Assembly: GCF_033153115.1 (NCBI RefSeq)
Contig: NW_026889811.1
Span: forward strand, 3,906,001 to 3,970,000
Source: Saccostrea echinata
Lineage: Eukaryota
Direction of reading: 5' to 3'
DNA: 64,000 bases
Part shown: one piece after another, positions 63,461-64,000 of the stretch
How the letters are laid out: each line of letters begins with the position of its first letter
Numbering within the stretch: the stretch's first letter is position 1
The notes under the pieces: generated by a model
What the model saw: only the letters and a program-made list of their open reading frames with translations
The model's database searches: none
What the model was told of the DNA's origin: nothing
Translations under genes and position numbers: made by a program

Positions 63461-64000
63461 ATGGAGTTTTAAATACATGTACATATAAGAAAATTGGTAA
63501 GGCTGTTGTACTATATATAGCTATCAAAATCATCATTATAGGAAGTAAAACTTGCTTTGTCTGTCCACGTGTAGTTGTTGTTTACTGCATACTCGTCAAC
63601 AATGATTCAACACGATTGGTCAGTGATATTGCTGGGTTCTGTGTTTTATACGCAAAGTATTATTGATTCCATTGAAATCAAACAATCAATCGATGAGTAA
63701 TATAATATTCAGCATACAAAATTTTAGCATGCTCCATCAAGCAAACTGTCACGCTGTTAGAAAAACGATAATAAATGAATGAAAAATAAATAATGAAGAA
63801 ATTCTCCCTGGTTTAGTCAACCCTCTTGTGTACACAACAATACAAGGAACCTTTTGTGTACATAACAACAGTGGAAGCAATCTATATGCCATTCCTACAA
63901 ATCGGCAATTTATTGATCGTTTTTCACACTTGAGTTACCTTGCCTTAAAACACAACATCGTGCAAACCAATTAATGACAATTTAATTTTTTTTTATTATG

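Overview
AT-rich, intron-containing animal genomic DNA. The repeat repertoire (Helentron-type elements carrying ~167-bp satellite units, Penelope-like remnants, a tRNA-SINE) suggests a bivalve, probably an oyster; this is inference. Host genes rebuilt by hand from splice sites, in order: the last two exons of CDIPT (+); a complete six-exon RABGEF1/Rabex-5 CDS (+); a complete 14-exon PSTPIP-like F-BAR/SH3 gene (-) that the ORF track mostly misses; a head-to-head TRIM gene (RING, two B-boxes, coiled coil, filamin-like, SPRY-like); and a CBM4/9+GH10 xylanase. The TRIM+GH10 pair is tandemly duplicated, with a different gene disabled in each copy. A young Gmr1-type Gypsy element (integrase before RT) sits inside a Helentron-type element and is itself interrupted by another. 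Best leads: (1) a hidden alternative first coding exon in RABGEF1 intron 3 that would replace the A20 ubiquitin-binding finger with a LIR-like motif, next to FOXO and TFEB/MITF-type sites; (2) six intronic tandem repeats whose units copy the adjacent splice junction; (3) a miniature LTR element with a tRNA-like sequence in its LTR. All coordinates were read by eye, and no searches were run.
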